Shown in pieces: positions 18,092-43,541 of a DNA stretch of 64,000 bases. Both the position numbers and the translations under genes were made by a program. How positions within the stretch are numbered: position 1 is the first letter of the stretch; every line of letters begins with the position of its first letter. The notes beneath the pieces were generated by a model, which saw only the letters and a program-made list of their open reading frames with translations, searched no databases and had not been told where the DNA came from. This DNA comes from Salpingoeca rosetta (Eukaryota > Protista > Choanoflagellata): the NCBI GenBank assembly GCA_033442325.1, contig JAWQFM010000023.1:1022590-1086589 (forward strand). The letters run 5' to 3'.

Positions 18092-20077
18092 TTACAACAA
18101 GTTGTCTGTGATGCTGCTTGGCTCCTGCGTGCTGGTCCTGTCCTCGCCAACACCAACACTGTCGTCATCACGGCTGCGCGTGACGGGGGTGTGTGCCGCT
18201 GCCCCCTTTGGCGTCGCAACGGGTGTGACCGCGGGCGTGCGACGTGTGTACGATGACAGCGGCGTGGCGCGCTTGCTCCCCGTCTGCCCCCTGTGTGCAC
18301 TGCGCAGCGCTGCGTTGAGGGACGGTGTTGCTCGTCGCGATGACGACAGTGTTGATGATGATGATGATGATGATGATGATGTGCGTGCGGGTGTTGTGCC
18401 CGTCCGCCCCCACAGCGTCTGCGCCAGTCGCTGCGCCGCCGGCGTCATTGTCCGCAGCCGCTCGCTGGCCTTGGCCGTCGTGGGCGTCACCCCACGTGCA
18501 GCCGATGCGTGGCGTGACGATGTGTGCTGCTGCTGGTGCTGTTGTTTGCTCTTCCGCTTGCTGCGCGTGGCCTTATCAGCGAGGTCCCGTGCCACCTGCT
18601 CCCGCGGCTTGAGCGGGGGGATGTTGAAAACGGGCCCAGGTGTGGCCGGCACGCTGCTCCCCGCGTCCAGGCGGAACGGCGTGCCCTCAATCTCGCCCCA
18701 CGTCATGAGCGGGTCCATATCGCGGCCGGGCATCGGCGATGGTGTTGCCACCAGCTTGTATCCGTTGACCTGCGGCGTGGCGCCAGCGTCGCCATCGACA
18801 CCAGGTTGCCCCAGCTGCCTTGCTGCAAGATCAACCACGTGCTTACCACCGCCAACACCACCAGCACCGCCGCCAAGCGTGCTGCGTGTTCTCGTGCCTG
18901 CTGTACCCACCGTCCCCGTGCGCCCGGCATATGGGTCGCGCGTGAAGCGGGTGTTGTGGTGGTTGATGCGCGTGCGCTGCTCATCGCTCATGCGGATCAG
19001 GTCTGCTGCCGTCAGCGCCTGCGACTGCGGGCCGTACATGAGCGCATTCCGCGGCACATATCGCCACGTGTCAATCTCGTAGCCAAGCCCGAGCGGCTTG
19101 TCGTTCTGCGCCTGCTCAAGCGCGAGTTTCGACTTGGCGCTCACCTCGCCATAGTACTTGCGGTACTGCTCAGCCATGCGCTCGTTGGTGTCCTCGATAA
19201 TCTTCTCAAAGGACGCGTTGTCTTCGCTCGTGTACTTGTTCAGGAACTGGTTCAGTGACAGCGACGTGTCCACGCCCTTCCTGCCGCCTTCGCCCTGTGC
19301 TGCGTCCCTGTGCTGCTGCCGCCGCTCTGCATCTTTTACGCCTCCACGCGTCCTCGTCGCTGGCCCTGGCGTGTCTTCGAGGTTGGCCGCGCCGCTGCTG
19401 CTGGTGTGGGCAGTGTCCGAAGCAGCATCAGCAGCGTCAGGGTCTGTGCGTTGCGGCGTTGTCAAGGGCGTGTTAAAGGGCTCCGCCTGCTGTGCCCGCC
19501 GCTTTGCCGCCCTGGTCTTGGAAGCTGCTGCTGCTGCTGATGAAGATGAGGTGCCGGGTGCGCGTGCACCTGTGCCGACGGCGTTGGTGCCGCTGCGGCG
19601 CTGCGCCGGTGTCTGGAAGCGGAGCTTAATCTCGCGCATGCGGTCAAGGTCGTTTGATTCGAGGGCGTCGAGATAGTCTGCTTGCGCCTGCAGCATCGGC
19701 AAATCCGGGAAGAAGTCGCGCTGGATGATCTTCTCCAGTGCCGACACGTACTCGTCCTCCTCGAGCACCAGCTTCTTCTTCTTCCTCCTCTGCGTTTGCT
19801 GGCCCGGCACGGCAAGTGTCAGCTTACTGGCATCGCGCGTCTGCAGCTGCATGTTTGTCTTGTTGCCGTCCTCCTTGGTGGCCTTGTCTGATGTTGTCGT
19901 CTTTTGTTGCTGTTGTCGTTGCTGTGATTGGCTTGCATTATCGCTGCCATCCTTGTTGCTGTGGTCTTGTGGAGCGGGCTGTTGCTTTGGCCGCTTGGAT
20001 GCAGGGATGGCCTCCACCAGATTCGGCGGCAGTGACGAGATGAGCTCCTTGCTCCTCGCTGTCATGCTCCGCGACAT
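18092..20077 (-). CDS. ESS2: Splicing factor ESS-2/DGCR14 (Es2) homolog, single exon
   Basis: VLEEDEYVSALEKIIQRDFFPDL, SLNQFLNKYTSEDNASF, WRYVPRNALMY, NGYKLVATPSPMPG and PLMTWGEIEGTPFRLD. Confidence 0.93.
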   Translation of the reverse strand: MSRSMTARSKELISSLPPNLVEAIPASKRPKQQPAPQDHSNKDGSDNASQSQQRQQQQKTTTSDKATKEDGNKTNMQLQTRDASKLTLAVPGQQTQRRKKKKLVLEEDEYVSALEKIIQRDFFPDLPMLQAQADYLDALESNDLDRMREIKLRFQTPAQRRSGTNAVGTGARAPGTSSSSAAAAASKTRAAKRRAQQAEPFNTPLTTPQRTDPDAADAASDTAHTSSSGAANLEDTPGPATRTRGGVKDAERRQQHRDAAQGEGGRKGVDTSLSLNQFLNKYTSEDNASFEKIIEDTNERMAEQYRKYYGEVSAKSKLALEQAQNDKPLGLGYEIDTWRYVPRNALMYGPQSQALTAADLIRMSDEQRTRINHHNTRFTRDPYAGRTGTVGTAGTRTRSTLGGGAGGVGGGKHVVDLAARQLGQPGVDGDAGATPQVNGYKLVATPSPMPGRDMDPLMTWGEIEGTPFRLDAGSSVPATPGPVFNIPPLKPREQVARDLADKATRSKRKSKQQHQQQHTSSRHASAARGVTPTTAKASERLRTMTPAAQRLAQTLWGRTGTTPARTSSSSSSSSSTLSSSRRATPSLNAALRSAHRGQTGSKRATPLSSYTRRTPAVTPVATPKGAAAHTPVTRSRDDDSVGVGEDRTSTQEPSSITDNLL

Positions 20078-20346
20078 GATGCTCGGCGTTGTCTGTGTCT
20101 GTGAGTGTGTGTGGGTGTCTGTGAGTGTCTGTGTGTGTCTGTGTGTGTCTGTGCGAGTGCGTCTTTCGTCGTTCGTTCGCGCTGTTGCTGCCGTTGCTGG
20201 TTGTTGTGATCGCTGTTCAATTTATGCTGTTGTAACAGACTTGCACGGCTCTTGCGCGTTTGTGTGTGGATGCAAACACGTGTGGAGCTTGTGGCTTGTG
20301 GCTTGTGGCTTGTGGCTTGTGGCTTACGACGACGACGACGACGACG

Positions 20347-25773
<5,427 letters not shown>

Positions 25774-26002
25774 GTGTGAGTGTGTGAGAGAGTGTGTATG
25801 TGTACGTGTTGTATGTGTTTGTGTATGTTAGCGGGGAACATGTGTCTTGCTTGGTGTGAAGCAGGTCGTAACGTCGTCAAGATGACACGTGAGGCGTGAT
25901 GTGATGCAATGCACTGAACTTCAAGTAAACACACCATCGTCACAGCTGCTGTGCGCACTTCGTGTCAGTTTTATTTCTGTTCATCTAAGCACACTTGGCT
26001 AT

Positions 26003-26084
<82 letters not shown>

Positions 26085-26654
26085 TTCAAGCAGATGAGAG
26101 AGATTGTGATGCAAACAACAGAGAGGGCGAGCGAGACGATACAAATAGCGATACAGTGGTGACAATGATGATCGTGGTGGCGTGGCGTGGCCAGGCACCA
26201 GCCACTACAAATAAAGACTGTTCTGTTCAGCCGACCTACAGCTACATGAAAACACCCAAGGGAGGAGTCGATATCACAGAGAGAGAGAGAGAGGCACACA
26301 CGCACACACACACAGACACACACACACAGACACACACAGACAGACAGACACACACACACAGACACACACACAGACACACAGACACACACAGACACACAGA
26401 CACACACAGACACACACAAACACACTCGACGTATGCTCGAATAGCTGCGTTTCAAGTTTGAAAAGCGGGGTGAAAAGCAATGGCGACAAACCAGCGTGGA
26501 TAGAGAGGCAACGAACGTGATGGTTCACACCGACACAGAAGGGAAGTGTATGTGCGACCTGAAATACAATGCGAGAGGTTCCGTGACGACAGCGAAGCGT
26601 GCGGCCTTGGGCGACGCCAGCAGCAAATCGATTTTGTTTTGGGGTTTTTTGTTT

Positions 26655-27624
26655 TTATCCTGAAGACGAAGGGGGCGGTGGCGGTTGCGTCGTGGGCGGT
26701 GCAAGCATGCTCGGCTGTGGCGGCTGCCGGTGTTGTTGTGCTGACGGCGCATAACCAGCAACAGTGGATGGCGGCTGCACGCGTGGGAGCATGTGTGGCT
26801 GCTGCGGCCGCGGCTGCGCTTGCGGCTGCGTGGGCGGATGGTGCCCTGCCCCGTGTGCCATGCCATGCGCGTTGTAGGGCACGTGTGTCGCCCGTGCTGC
26901 CGACAGCGGGCCTGCATACGGCCTGGGCGCTGACGCCATCGTCGCTGCCACCGGCGTCGCATATCCGTTCATGACGCCCGCGCCGCCGTTCACGGCAGCA
27001 GCAGCAGCAGCGGCGGCGGCAGCGGCAGCAGCAGCAGCGGGCGTGACCGTGGCGGTGGCGGTGACCGGGCCACGTGGTGGCATGGCAGATGTGTTCGCCT
27101 GCTGCTGCTGGTACACGCTTGCGTGGGGTGGCATCGGGTAGGCGTGTGCTGGTTGCGAGGGCGTGCCCACTGCAGTCTGTGCCATGGGCCCTCGACTCAG
27201 CGCAGCGTGGTGCTGGTGCGGTTGCTGCCGGGGCTGGTACGGCATGGTTGATTGGTGGATCAACTGTGGTTGCGGCTGCGTTGGCGGTGCAGGTGTTGAC
27301 GTGTACGGGTGGTGGGGCTGATACATGGTCGCGGGCGGAAACTGCTGGGGCTGCTGTTGATGCTGGTGGTGGTTGGCGTGGTGCTGCGATTGTGGCAAGT
27401 ACGAACGTTGTGGCTGCTGTTGTTGTTGCTGATGCTGCTGCTGCTGCTGTTGGTGGGGGTAGTGGTGGTGCGGTTGCAGCTGTCGCATCTGCGGTGGGGG
27501 CGGCAGAAACTGCGAGTGCAGCGCGTGGGTGGTGGTCACAATCGCAGGAGGCGGATGGGCCAGGTGCTGCTGTGGGTACTGTTGGTGGTATTGTTGTTGT
27601 TGTTGCTGCTGCTGCTGCTGCTGC

Positions 27625-27712
<88 letters not shown>

Positions 27713-27898
27713 GCAGCAGCTGCAGAATGGGACAGGACAACGACGGGAGAAGCAAGTGAGTACGTGGCAGGAAATCCAGTCGCGTGCTGCGTGTTTCAGT
27801 TGCATGCATGGGTTTACCGTGTGTTTGTCTGGGGGGGGGGGTTGTCTGCGCCAATCATGCATGCATGTGTGTGTGTGTGTGTGTGCGTGTGTGTGTGT

Positions 27899-27930
<32 letters not shown>

Positions 27931-30900
27931 TTGGCCAAAGTACCTGAGCGGCTTCCGCCTGGCGTTTGGCCTTCAAACGGTCCTGCGTGTGCACATACTG
28001 ATCAAAATGGATCTGGATTTCAAGAGATAATGAAATAAATACAAGGTGGAGAGAGAGTGTGTGTGAATGTGAGCGGCATCATGCGTCCACAGACACCTTC
28101 AGTCATCACACCTCCATCGCATCATCAGCCCATACACACCCACACCCACATACAAACACACATCCAGGTTCTCGTTTGTCCAAGCATGGGCAACCGGACC
28201 AACCTGCCACGCCATCCACACGTGCACAAACTGGCGGCAATTCTTCAAGTTTGGTTTCCGCAGCGCAAGACCTGCCGGGCGACCGTTCTGTACCGAAGAG
28301 GGGAAGATGAAGAAGCCATGATGGTGGTGGTTTGGGAACACATGAGCACGGCGATTGCATTAATCACAGAGACAGACACAGACGCAGACACACAAACACA
28401 CACACACAGACGCAGACACATGGCGCGTGTGTTCAGCAGGGCACCTGAGCGGGGATTACGATGGGTCCTGGGGCAAGGCGTGCGCGGCGAACGGCATACT
28501 GCTGCGGGGGCTCGGGGAGGCCGTGCGGGGGCCGGAACCGCGAACCAAGCACGTCCGGCTGGGCATCGGACACGGTGGAGGAAAGCACGCCGGCGTCCGT
28601 ATCGTGCATCCTTGCGAAACGGTGGCGAGAAAGGAGGAGGAGGGGATGGATGAGGTGAGGAAATTGAAAGTGTATGGGTGGGAGTGGAGAGAAACAACAG
28701 CTCGACAGTAGCGTGCGAGAACAACACGGTGGAAGAGATGATTGCAGTGGCAGTGATTAAGGTTCGCTTCAACTGCTCACCTGACTGTCGGATATGCGTT
28801 GACCTGGTCGGGCATTGCCGCTGCTCGATGTCTGTTGGGGTGGTGGTGGTGGGAAAAAGAACAGATATTTCAAGAGAGGAGGAGGAGGAGGAGGAGGAGG
28901 AGGAGGAGGAGGAGGAGGAGGAGGAGGAGGAGGAGGAGGAGGAGGAGGAGGAGGAGGAGGAGGAGGAGGAGGAGGAGGAGGAGGAGGAGGAGGAGGAGGA
29001 GCGCGACCATGTCAGATGCAGTGCAGGCGACACCGTGTGAGGAAGGGCAAGAAGTAGGTGAGGGTATTGGATAAAAAAGCAACAGGCACATTGGTGGGCA
29101 GGATGGCAAGGGGCAAGCAATGGCGCGTGCGTATACGTACGGAGAGCGCTGCCGTGCGATGATCAAGGCGGAAATTGAAGCAGACACAGTAGCAGTTGTG
29201 GTGAGAAAGCACATGAATGAATCAAAGGAAGAGCAAGCGTGGCCATGTGTGGGGGGAAACAGCGAATACATAAACACGCACACACGCACACACGCACACA
29301 CTTGTGAACACTGACACGATGCCAACCATCGATACAAACGCGCAGAGGACATACATGTTTGTGTTTTCGTTTACGGCGGCGCGACTTGATGGTGGCAACT
29401 GCATCTACAAGCATACAAGCGGGTGAAAAAGCGAGTGAAATGGAGTGAGTTGGCTGAATGGTCGAACAAACAGGTCGCAGTGTTCCACATTGCTCCCGGA
29501 CTTACAAGCACGACAGCACAATGGGAGCGTGCGCAACACAAGGTGTGCAGCACACACACACACACGCGCGCGCGCACCTGTTGGATGCGTTATGGAGGAT
29601 GCTGCTTCCTCCAGCCTCCAGCGTCGATGGTTTGGGAAGGGGAGACATCAGTGCATCACCACCATCATCACCATCATCGCCATCATCGCCATCACCATCA
29701 AAGCTGTCAGCGCCACCGGCATCCGTGCTGGCGGGGGTGTGCTTGTGCCCGTGTCGCTTCCTGTGCTTGTGCCGCTTTGCCTTTGCCAAGCGCTTGTCCC
29801 GCCGGTCTTGCGTCGACCTCTTTGCTGTCGGCTCACCGTCACCATCATCATCATCATCGTGATCACCATCGCCGCTCTCGCCGTCATGAACATCATGACC
29901 GTCATCGCCATCATCGTCGTGTCCACGGTGCGCATCTGCGCCTGCGCCCGCCTCCGCTGTGCCGTCGCCGTCGCGCTGCCGGCGCTTACGCTGCGCCCTG
30001 TCCCGTTTGCTCGCCTTATTCCGCTTCTTCTTCCTCCTCTTTTTCCTCTTCGCCTCCGCCACCGCTGCGGCAGCACCATCCTCGTCCCCGCCAGCCCGAC
30101 CGCCGCCGTGGTGATGGTGGTGATCGCTTTGGTCGTCGAGGAGGTCGGGCTCATGGTGCATGGATCCACCACCGCCACCACCGCCATCATCATCTTGATC
30201 ATACTCACCGCTGCCAACATCACCCTCGCCACCAACACGTCGGCTGCCCCGGTCCTGCTCGCCGTGTCGCCGCTGCTTCCGCTTGTGCCTGTGCCGTTGC
30301 TTCTTCAGTGCCGCCGCTCGCTTCTGGGGTGCAAGGCCCGGCACAGGCGTGCGCCCTGTCGATGTACCCTCCACTCCCTCCTCATCTTCATCTGCGGGAA
30401 GACTGCTTCGGTTTGTGTCCTCCGCCTCCGATACCGCCGCCGCCGCCGCCGCCGCGTGCTTCTCACCGTGCATTGCCTCTGGCTCAGCAGCTCCATCCTC
30501 TCGATTGGCATCATCGTTGTCATTGTCGTCGCCATCGCCTCCGCCGTAGCGTCCGCTTGTCCTTTTGCGTGCGCGCTGTGCTGCTGCTCGCTTGCTGCGA
30601 CGCAGTGGCCTGCTGCCCAGACCATCACCGTCGCCGTCACCATCACCAGCGTCGTCGCCATCGTCGTTGATGCTGATGTCTCTCTCCAGGCGGGCTGTCA
30701 GTGAGGCCACCCCTGCGGCTGCTGCCCGCCTTCGACTCCGCCGCCGCGTGAGGGGTCCAGTCCCTGCTCCGGCATCAACACCCTCGCCGTGCTCGTCGTC
30801 GTAACGACCGCCGCCGCCACTCCCACCACTGTCAGCACTCGTGTCCATCAAGTCAGCTGCACCTTCCTCCCCCTCATTATAATCATCATCATCATCGTTG

Positions 30901-31490
30901 GCAGTGCGCCTCTTGTGCTTGACCTTCTTCTTCCCGCTGGTCTTCGCTGGGCTGGAAGCGGTAGCAGTTGCTGCTGCTGCTGCTCGGGGTGTCTTTGGCG
31001 GCTGCTTCTTGCCCGCCTTCTTCTTGCTCTTCACCGCCGCCGCCGCTGCTGCTGCTGCTGCTGCTGCTGCGCGTGTGCTCTTCCTCCGTCCTGGCAGCTC
31101 ATTTGCGTCGGTAACCTCAGGCACAACCATACCCGCCACATCCTCCTCCTCCTCCGTTTTAGCGTCATAATCAGCAGCAGCAAAGCTATCGCCCTCATCG
31201 ACGCCTCGTCTCTCGCTGCTGCGACGTGCAGCTGCTCCCCTTGCTGTTCGCGTGCGTGTGCGTGTCGCTGGCCGTGCCTCGACCACGCCACTTTCTGCCG
31301 CTGCTGTACCTGCATCGCCGGCATGCCCTCGTGACGCGCGCCTGCTTCCTCGCTTTGCTGCTGCTGTTGCTGCTGCCTTGCCTTTTGTCTTTGCAGCAGC
31401 CTTGGGTTGTGCGGATGACTTTCCCTTTGCATTCCGTTGCGGCCGTGGCTCCTCCTCAGGCGGCGCCGCCGCGACCGGCGACTGCTGACG
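26655..31490 (-). CDS. Hypothetical low-complexity protein(s): large acidic/basic exon, several small exons and a polyQ/Pro/Ala-rich terminal exon
   Basis: Long open exon ~29578-31490 with NLS-like basic clusters (KRKKRRKKKRNK) and D/G tracts. Small GT-AG-bounded exons near 29355-29405, 28445-28610, 28165-28270 and 27945-28010. Q/P-rich exon 26655-27720. No recognisable domain, splice phases not fully reconciled, and the 5' end probably lies beyond gap 31653-32100. Confidence 0.5.
28877..29001. repeat. (GAG)n trinucleotide tract
   Basis: Perfect GAG run of about 125 bp, probably intronic (CTC)n on the minus strand. Confidence 0.9.
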
Positions 31491-31507
31491 GGATGTGTAG
31501 GACAGGG

Positions 31508-31637
<130 letters not shown>

Positions 31638-32896
31638 TGGTGTGGTGTGTGTNNNNNNNNNNNNNNNNNNNNNNNNNNNNNNNNNNNNNNNNNNNNNNNN
31701 NNNNNNNNNNNNNNNNNNNNNNNNNNNNNNNNNNNNNNNNNNNNNNNNNNNNNNNNNNNNNNNNNNNNNNNNNNNNNNNNNNNNNNNNNNNNNNNNNNNN
31801 NNNNNNNNNNNNNNNNNNNNNNNNNNNNNNNNNNNNNNNNNNNNNNNNNNNNNNNNNNNNNNNNNNNNNNNNNNNNNNNNNNNNNNNNNNNNNNNNNNNN
31901 NNNNNNNNNNNNNNNNNNNNNNNNNNNNNNNNNNNNNNNNNNNNNNNNNNNNNNNNNNNNNNNNNNNNNNNNNNNNNNNNNNNNNNNNNNNNNNNNNNNN
32001 NNNNNNNNNNNNNNNNNNNNNNNNNNNNNNNNNNNNNNNNNNNNNNNNNNNNNNNNNNNNNNNNNNNNNNNNNNNNNNNNNNNNNNNNNNNNNNNNNNNN
32101 CAAAACCCCCTCTTTCTTGTTCGTTTGCACGATTTGAGGCGCACTGCGCCTACGACTGCTGGCAACCCAACACAAAATACAAGCAGCAGGACGATCGGTC
32201 GCACACACACACACACACATACACACACACGACACACATACACACACACGTACACACACACACACACACGTACACACACACGCGCGAACAAACAACATAC
32301 GTTCCAGTCGAGGGTGCTGCAAGGCAAGGTTCAGTTCAGCAGCACGCTGTGCACGCAGCAATGGTTGGTGTGGTGTGTGGCGTGTGGCGTGTGTTGTGTG
32401 TTGTGTGTTGTTCCGCACTCTCTCGCTCGCTGCTCTCGTGGGTTGTGCTGTTTGTGGTGTCGGATGCTGCGATTCGACAATTTGTGGAAACCTTGTTAGA
32501 ATTTTCCACAAGGCGGAATTGGTGGGTTGGCAGTTTGCAGACCAGCAACGAAGACAGCAACCGAAAAAGGCCTTCCTTCCTTTCTTTTGCTTGCTCTGGC
32601 ACTGTGAGTGGGAGTGGGAGCGGGAGTGGGAGTGAGCGCTGTGGGTGTCTCTCTCTCTCTCTGTCGCTCTCTCTGTGTGTTTGGTTGAAGATAGCGTATG
32701 TTCTTGTGTGGACGTTCTCTCACGCTTTGCTTTTGCCTTTGCTGTGCAGGTTGTGAGTGAGCGGATTCCGTTCCAGTCTCTCCAACTTTCTCTTGTCTTT
32801 GTTGTTTGTGGTCTGTCGTCGTGTTTGATTGATTCCATTGGTTCCATCGGTTCCATTGGTTCCACTCCAAAGCACCCCACAACCCACCTGGAAACC

Positions 32897-39307
<6,411 letters not shown>

Positions 39308-39658
39308 CCGCCACCTCAGCAAGACACCCGCGTGTGCGCACGTATGTTCACGTTCCGCAGTGCACATTGTGCAGTGCATGTTCATGTGTGTTCATGCATT
39401 CACCCTTTCCCTCCCTCTTCACATCCCTCCTCCCAACAATCCACGCCAGACAAGCTGTTTTCGTGCATGTCTGTCTTCTCGTATCAAGTCTCGTGCCTAC
39501 CCACCCGTCATTCCTCCTTTCTTTCTTGGATGTTTTTGCGTTCAATTTACAGCAGTAAAACCACTCAAGCAAACCCGCTCAAGCGAACACATGCACGCAC
39601 GTATTGGGCACATAACATCGATCCAGAGCAGCGTGTAAGACCAGCACCAAGCAGACGC

Positions 39659-39746
<88 letters not shown>

Positions 39747-39916
39747 GAGGCAGTCCAACGACAGTAGGCAGGCAAGGAAATGCACACAAACAAGGAAATA
39801 CGCACAAACAGAAAAGAGGGAGAGAAAGACATGTTTCGGCACGCGCACGCAAAGGTGGGGCGCAGCGCATTCCACTCGCACGGTGGCTGACCCATATCCA
39901 CCCGTCCATCCATCCA

Positions 39917-40462
39917 TCACTGGTGGTCCTGTTCATCACTGGCCAGCTCCTTGCGTGCGCTCGCCTGCGCCTCATCGCCACGCGCCTGCTGCTGGTGCTG
40001 CTGCTGGTGCTGCGGTGGCGGTGCCGACTCTTCGTCGCCCTCCCCTGCCAGCAGCTGCCGCATGCCTGCTGTTGCGTGCGCCATGTCATCGCTTTCCTCG
40101 CCGTCCTGGGACGTGGACGCGGTGTGCACCCCCTGCGCGTACTCCCGCTCGATGCTCAGCACAGACACGCGCTGCTTCGGCGTCACAGTGCCGTCCTCGT
40201 GTACCCAGAACTTGTCTGTGGGAGGAGAAGGGAGGGGAGGGTGGAGGGTGTCGGTGTAGTGGTGGGTGGGGTGCGTACGCGGGATGGGGTGTGTGAGACG
40301 TGACAGAAAAATGCATGTGAAGGGGACAGCACACGAGCACACGCATGCACAGACACATGCGCACAACATGCAAGCACACACACACAGACAGACACGCACA
40401 CACACACACGCACACATGCGAAACCACACAAGCGCACAACACGCAAGCACGCACACACACAC

Positions 40463-40525
<63 letters not shown>

Positions 40526-41013
40526 AACACAAGCGCACGCATGCAAGCATAAACAAACGCACAGAGGTCGCCTGTTGAGGTGAAGACGATGAGGACGAGG
40601 CGCCTGTCTTCGTACACGAGGGCGCTAGTGTTCTCGCACGCTTCGTCGAGCGTGGCCATGGCAAAGCTTCGCTCCTCCGTCCACATCTCGGGCAGACTCG
40701 GGGCAAAGTAGGACACGGCGGAGGACAGGCCCGATGTGAAGTAGGAGGACCACGAGTCGCTCTCCTCGGGCGCTTCGGGTGGGGCGACCGCCTCTTGGTC
40801 GTGGTGGTCCGTCTTGAACACGTGCACCGTCGCCTTCTCGCTCGACACGCACAGGTACTTGGACTCCGGCTGCATAAGATGCGTAGCGAGGCGTGACAGA
40901 GAGAGGGGGGGGGGGTAGAGAAATGCACTTGATTGGTGAACGTGTGGCAGATACGGAAAAGCAGCCAAAACCCGTGCGCACACACGCGCACACAGGCAGG
41001 CAGAAGAACGGCC

Positions 41014-41059
<46 letters not shown>

Positions 41060-42666
41060 CACACACAGGTGACTTACGCAAAAGTTCATGGAGAGGACGC
41101 GGGCGCGGGTGGCGTAGCCGCGACGAAGCTCATACAGCTTTGCACGTGTTGCTGTGGCAAACACACGGAACTTGGTGCCCTGTTGGTGGTCGTGTTTGTT
41201 GGTGTTGAAGGATGAGTTGACTCCATCACGTGGTCACCCCATTGGCATCGTTGGCACCATGCGCTTGCGTGGGCATGACGCGCAGAAAAACAAAAAAAAA
41301 CAAAAAAGAAAACAGGCAATCACAAACGCGTGCACCTTCTCGCTGGCGGTGGCGAGGAGGGATCCCCTGTTGTTGAAGGCGACACACGCCACGGGCGACG
41401 TGTGTGCCTCCAGATTGTACAGCAGACGCTGCGGAACCGAGAAAGGGAAGGAAGGTGTGAGGGAGGGTGAGAAAGTGCATGGAGGCGGAAAGTCGCAGCA
41501 GCAAAGAGGACATGGTACGGTGGCACACAATACAATTCTACGCGCACACACATACACACATACATGCACACACTCGAACACACACACACACACATACACA
41601 CATACATATACATGCACACACGCACGTCTATGCACGCACGCACACACACACCTACCTGGTTCTCGACGTCGTAGACGAAAAGATCGCCCTTCTCATTGGA
41701 TTTCGGGTAGCAGAGAAGGTGGCGGCAGCCCTTGTCTTCTTCCTTGAGCACGTGACACGTGGCCAAGGCAAGGACACCTGGTGTTGGACATGACGCATTG
41801 CATGCGTGCAAATGCGCGTGTTCAGGGTGGCAATGTAAGCGGCGCAGGTTCGCAATAACAACGCAGAAAAGGACAGCAAGGAAGGAGAGCAACCAGGAAG
41901 CGGGAGAGCAGTCACAAAGAAAGTGAAACAGTCACAAAGAAAGAGAAACAGCCACAAAGAAAGAGAGAGAGCAAAAAGTACCAAACGAACCAACACATCA
42001 ACACACATACACACGCACACACACACATACACACATCAACACACACACACACACACACACACACAAAACACACACACACACACAAAACACACACACACAC
42101 ACACACAGACACAGACACACACACACACACACATCACAAACCATTTGGGTTGGCGGGCGGAGATGAGATGGTGTGCTTGAGCTTCATGGTGCCCATGTCG
42201 TAGATGCGGATGCTCTCGTCCGAGGCGAGAACGAGGAACCGCCGATTGATGCGCACGGCCAAGATCTTCTTGCTGTACGACATGCGGATAATCTCCTTGC
42301 GCGTCCGCACGTTTGTGATCTTCATGCACCGTTGCGACGAGAAGGCCTCAGAGCCTCCGCCAACGTGCGCAATCAGGCCCGTGTTGTAGTACAGGTGAAT
42401 CAGGCTCGTGCTCTCCTCGTGCGAGGACGTGATCATCTTGATGTCCGGAGAGATCTTCATGATCATGTACCCGTCCATCGTGCCGACAGCCAACCGACTA
42501 GTTCATGATGCCAAGAAGGAGGAGGAGAAGGAGCACGGGCATGTGAGGAGGGTGACACCACGAACAGAGACCCAAATGAGAGATCCAAAAAACATACACC
42601 ATCTGCGTGCAAGCAATTACACGTGGACATGATGCTGGTGCTGGTGGTGCTGGTGCCACACAGACA

Positions 42667-42711
<45 letters not shown>

Positions 42712-42775
42712 ACACGCACCTGGCGTCTTGGTTGAAGAAGCCGCAGTTGATGTCATGCGTCGATGAGCGGAACAT
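39917..42775 (-). CDS. ATG18: PROPPIN / ATG18-WIPI family WD40 phosphoinositide-binding protein
   Basis: MFRSSTHDINCGFFNQDAS, ILAVRINRRFLVL, PPANPNG, LEAHTSPVACVAFNNRGSLLATASEK|GTKFRVF, LYELRRGYA, SSEKATVHVFK and ERSFAMATL. Confidence 0.92.
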
Positions 42776-43409
42776 GGCGGCGGTGTGGAAGAGCGGGTCG
42801 CCTGGGGAGAAAGAAGGGTGGTGGTGGTCTCAGCAGCAGCAGCGGCGAGCGAGGTCAAAGAGCAAAGCGGGCGAGCGGCGCAGAAGAATGCGGTTTCGAC
42901 GACAACCGAGCAAGCAAGCAAGCAAGAGCAGCAGAGATAGGAAGCGGCTGAGTCACACACAAACAACGTTGCTTGCTTGCTTGCTGTTCTGTTTGTTTGT
43001 TTGTTTGGGTTGATGGGCTAATGATAAATGTGCACCGAATCATTAAAGGCAAAATTGGCTTTGAATGATTGTGATTGCTCACGTTCGCAGTCAAAGGAAA
43101 AGTTGACGTTGGCCGGCTTTGTTTGTTTTTCCTTCCTTTTTTTGCTTGCTGCTTGCAAGCAAGGAAGTGGGACACCAGAAAACACGCAAAGGTGTGGCTG
43201 TCCGCAAGAAGGGGCGCACTTTCCTCCCACAAGCACCACTGGCAGGCGGCTGCAAGCGCAAGCCCACACAAGCGCACCAACGCACGCCGCGTCGCATGCT
43301 CCTTTTCTCCTCTCCTCATTTTCTCATCCCGCTGCGTTCTCCACAAGAGGTCAGCCACCCACCTTCCTTCCCTTCCGTCCTTCGCACTTTGCCGCTTCAT
43401 GTTGGCACA

Positions 43410-43499
43410 ATGGAGCCATCAATGCCGGAAAAAGGCGGCGGGCACGTCGCCAGCATTCAAAAGCATTTGCTGAAACAAGGCCTGACTCTCGGTACAGTC

Positions 43500-43541
<42 letters not shown>

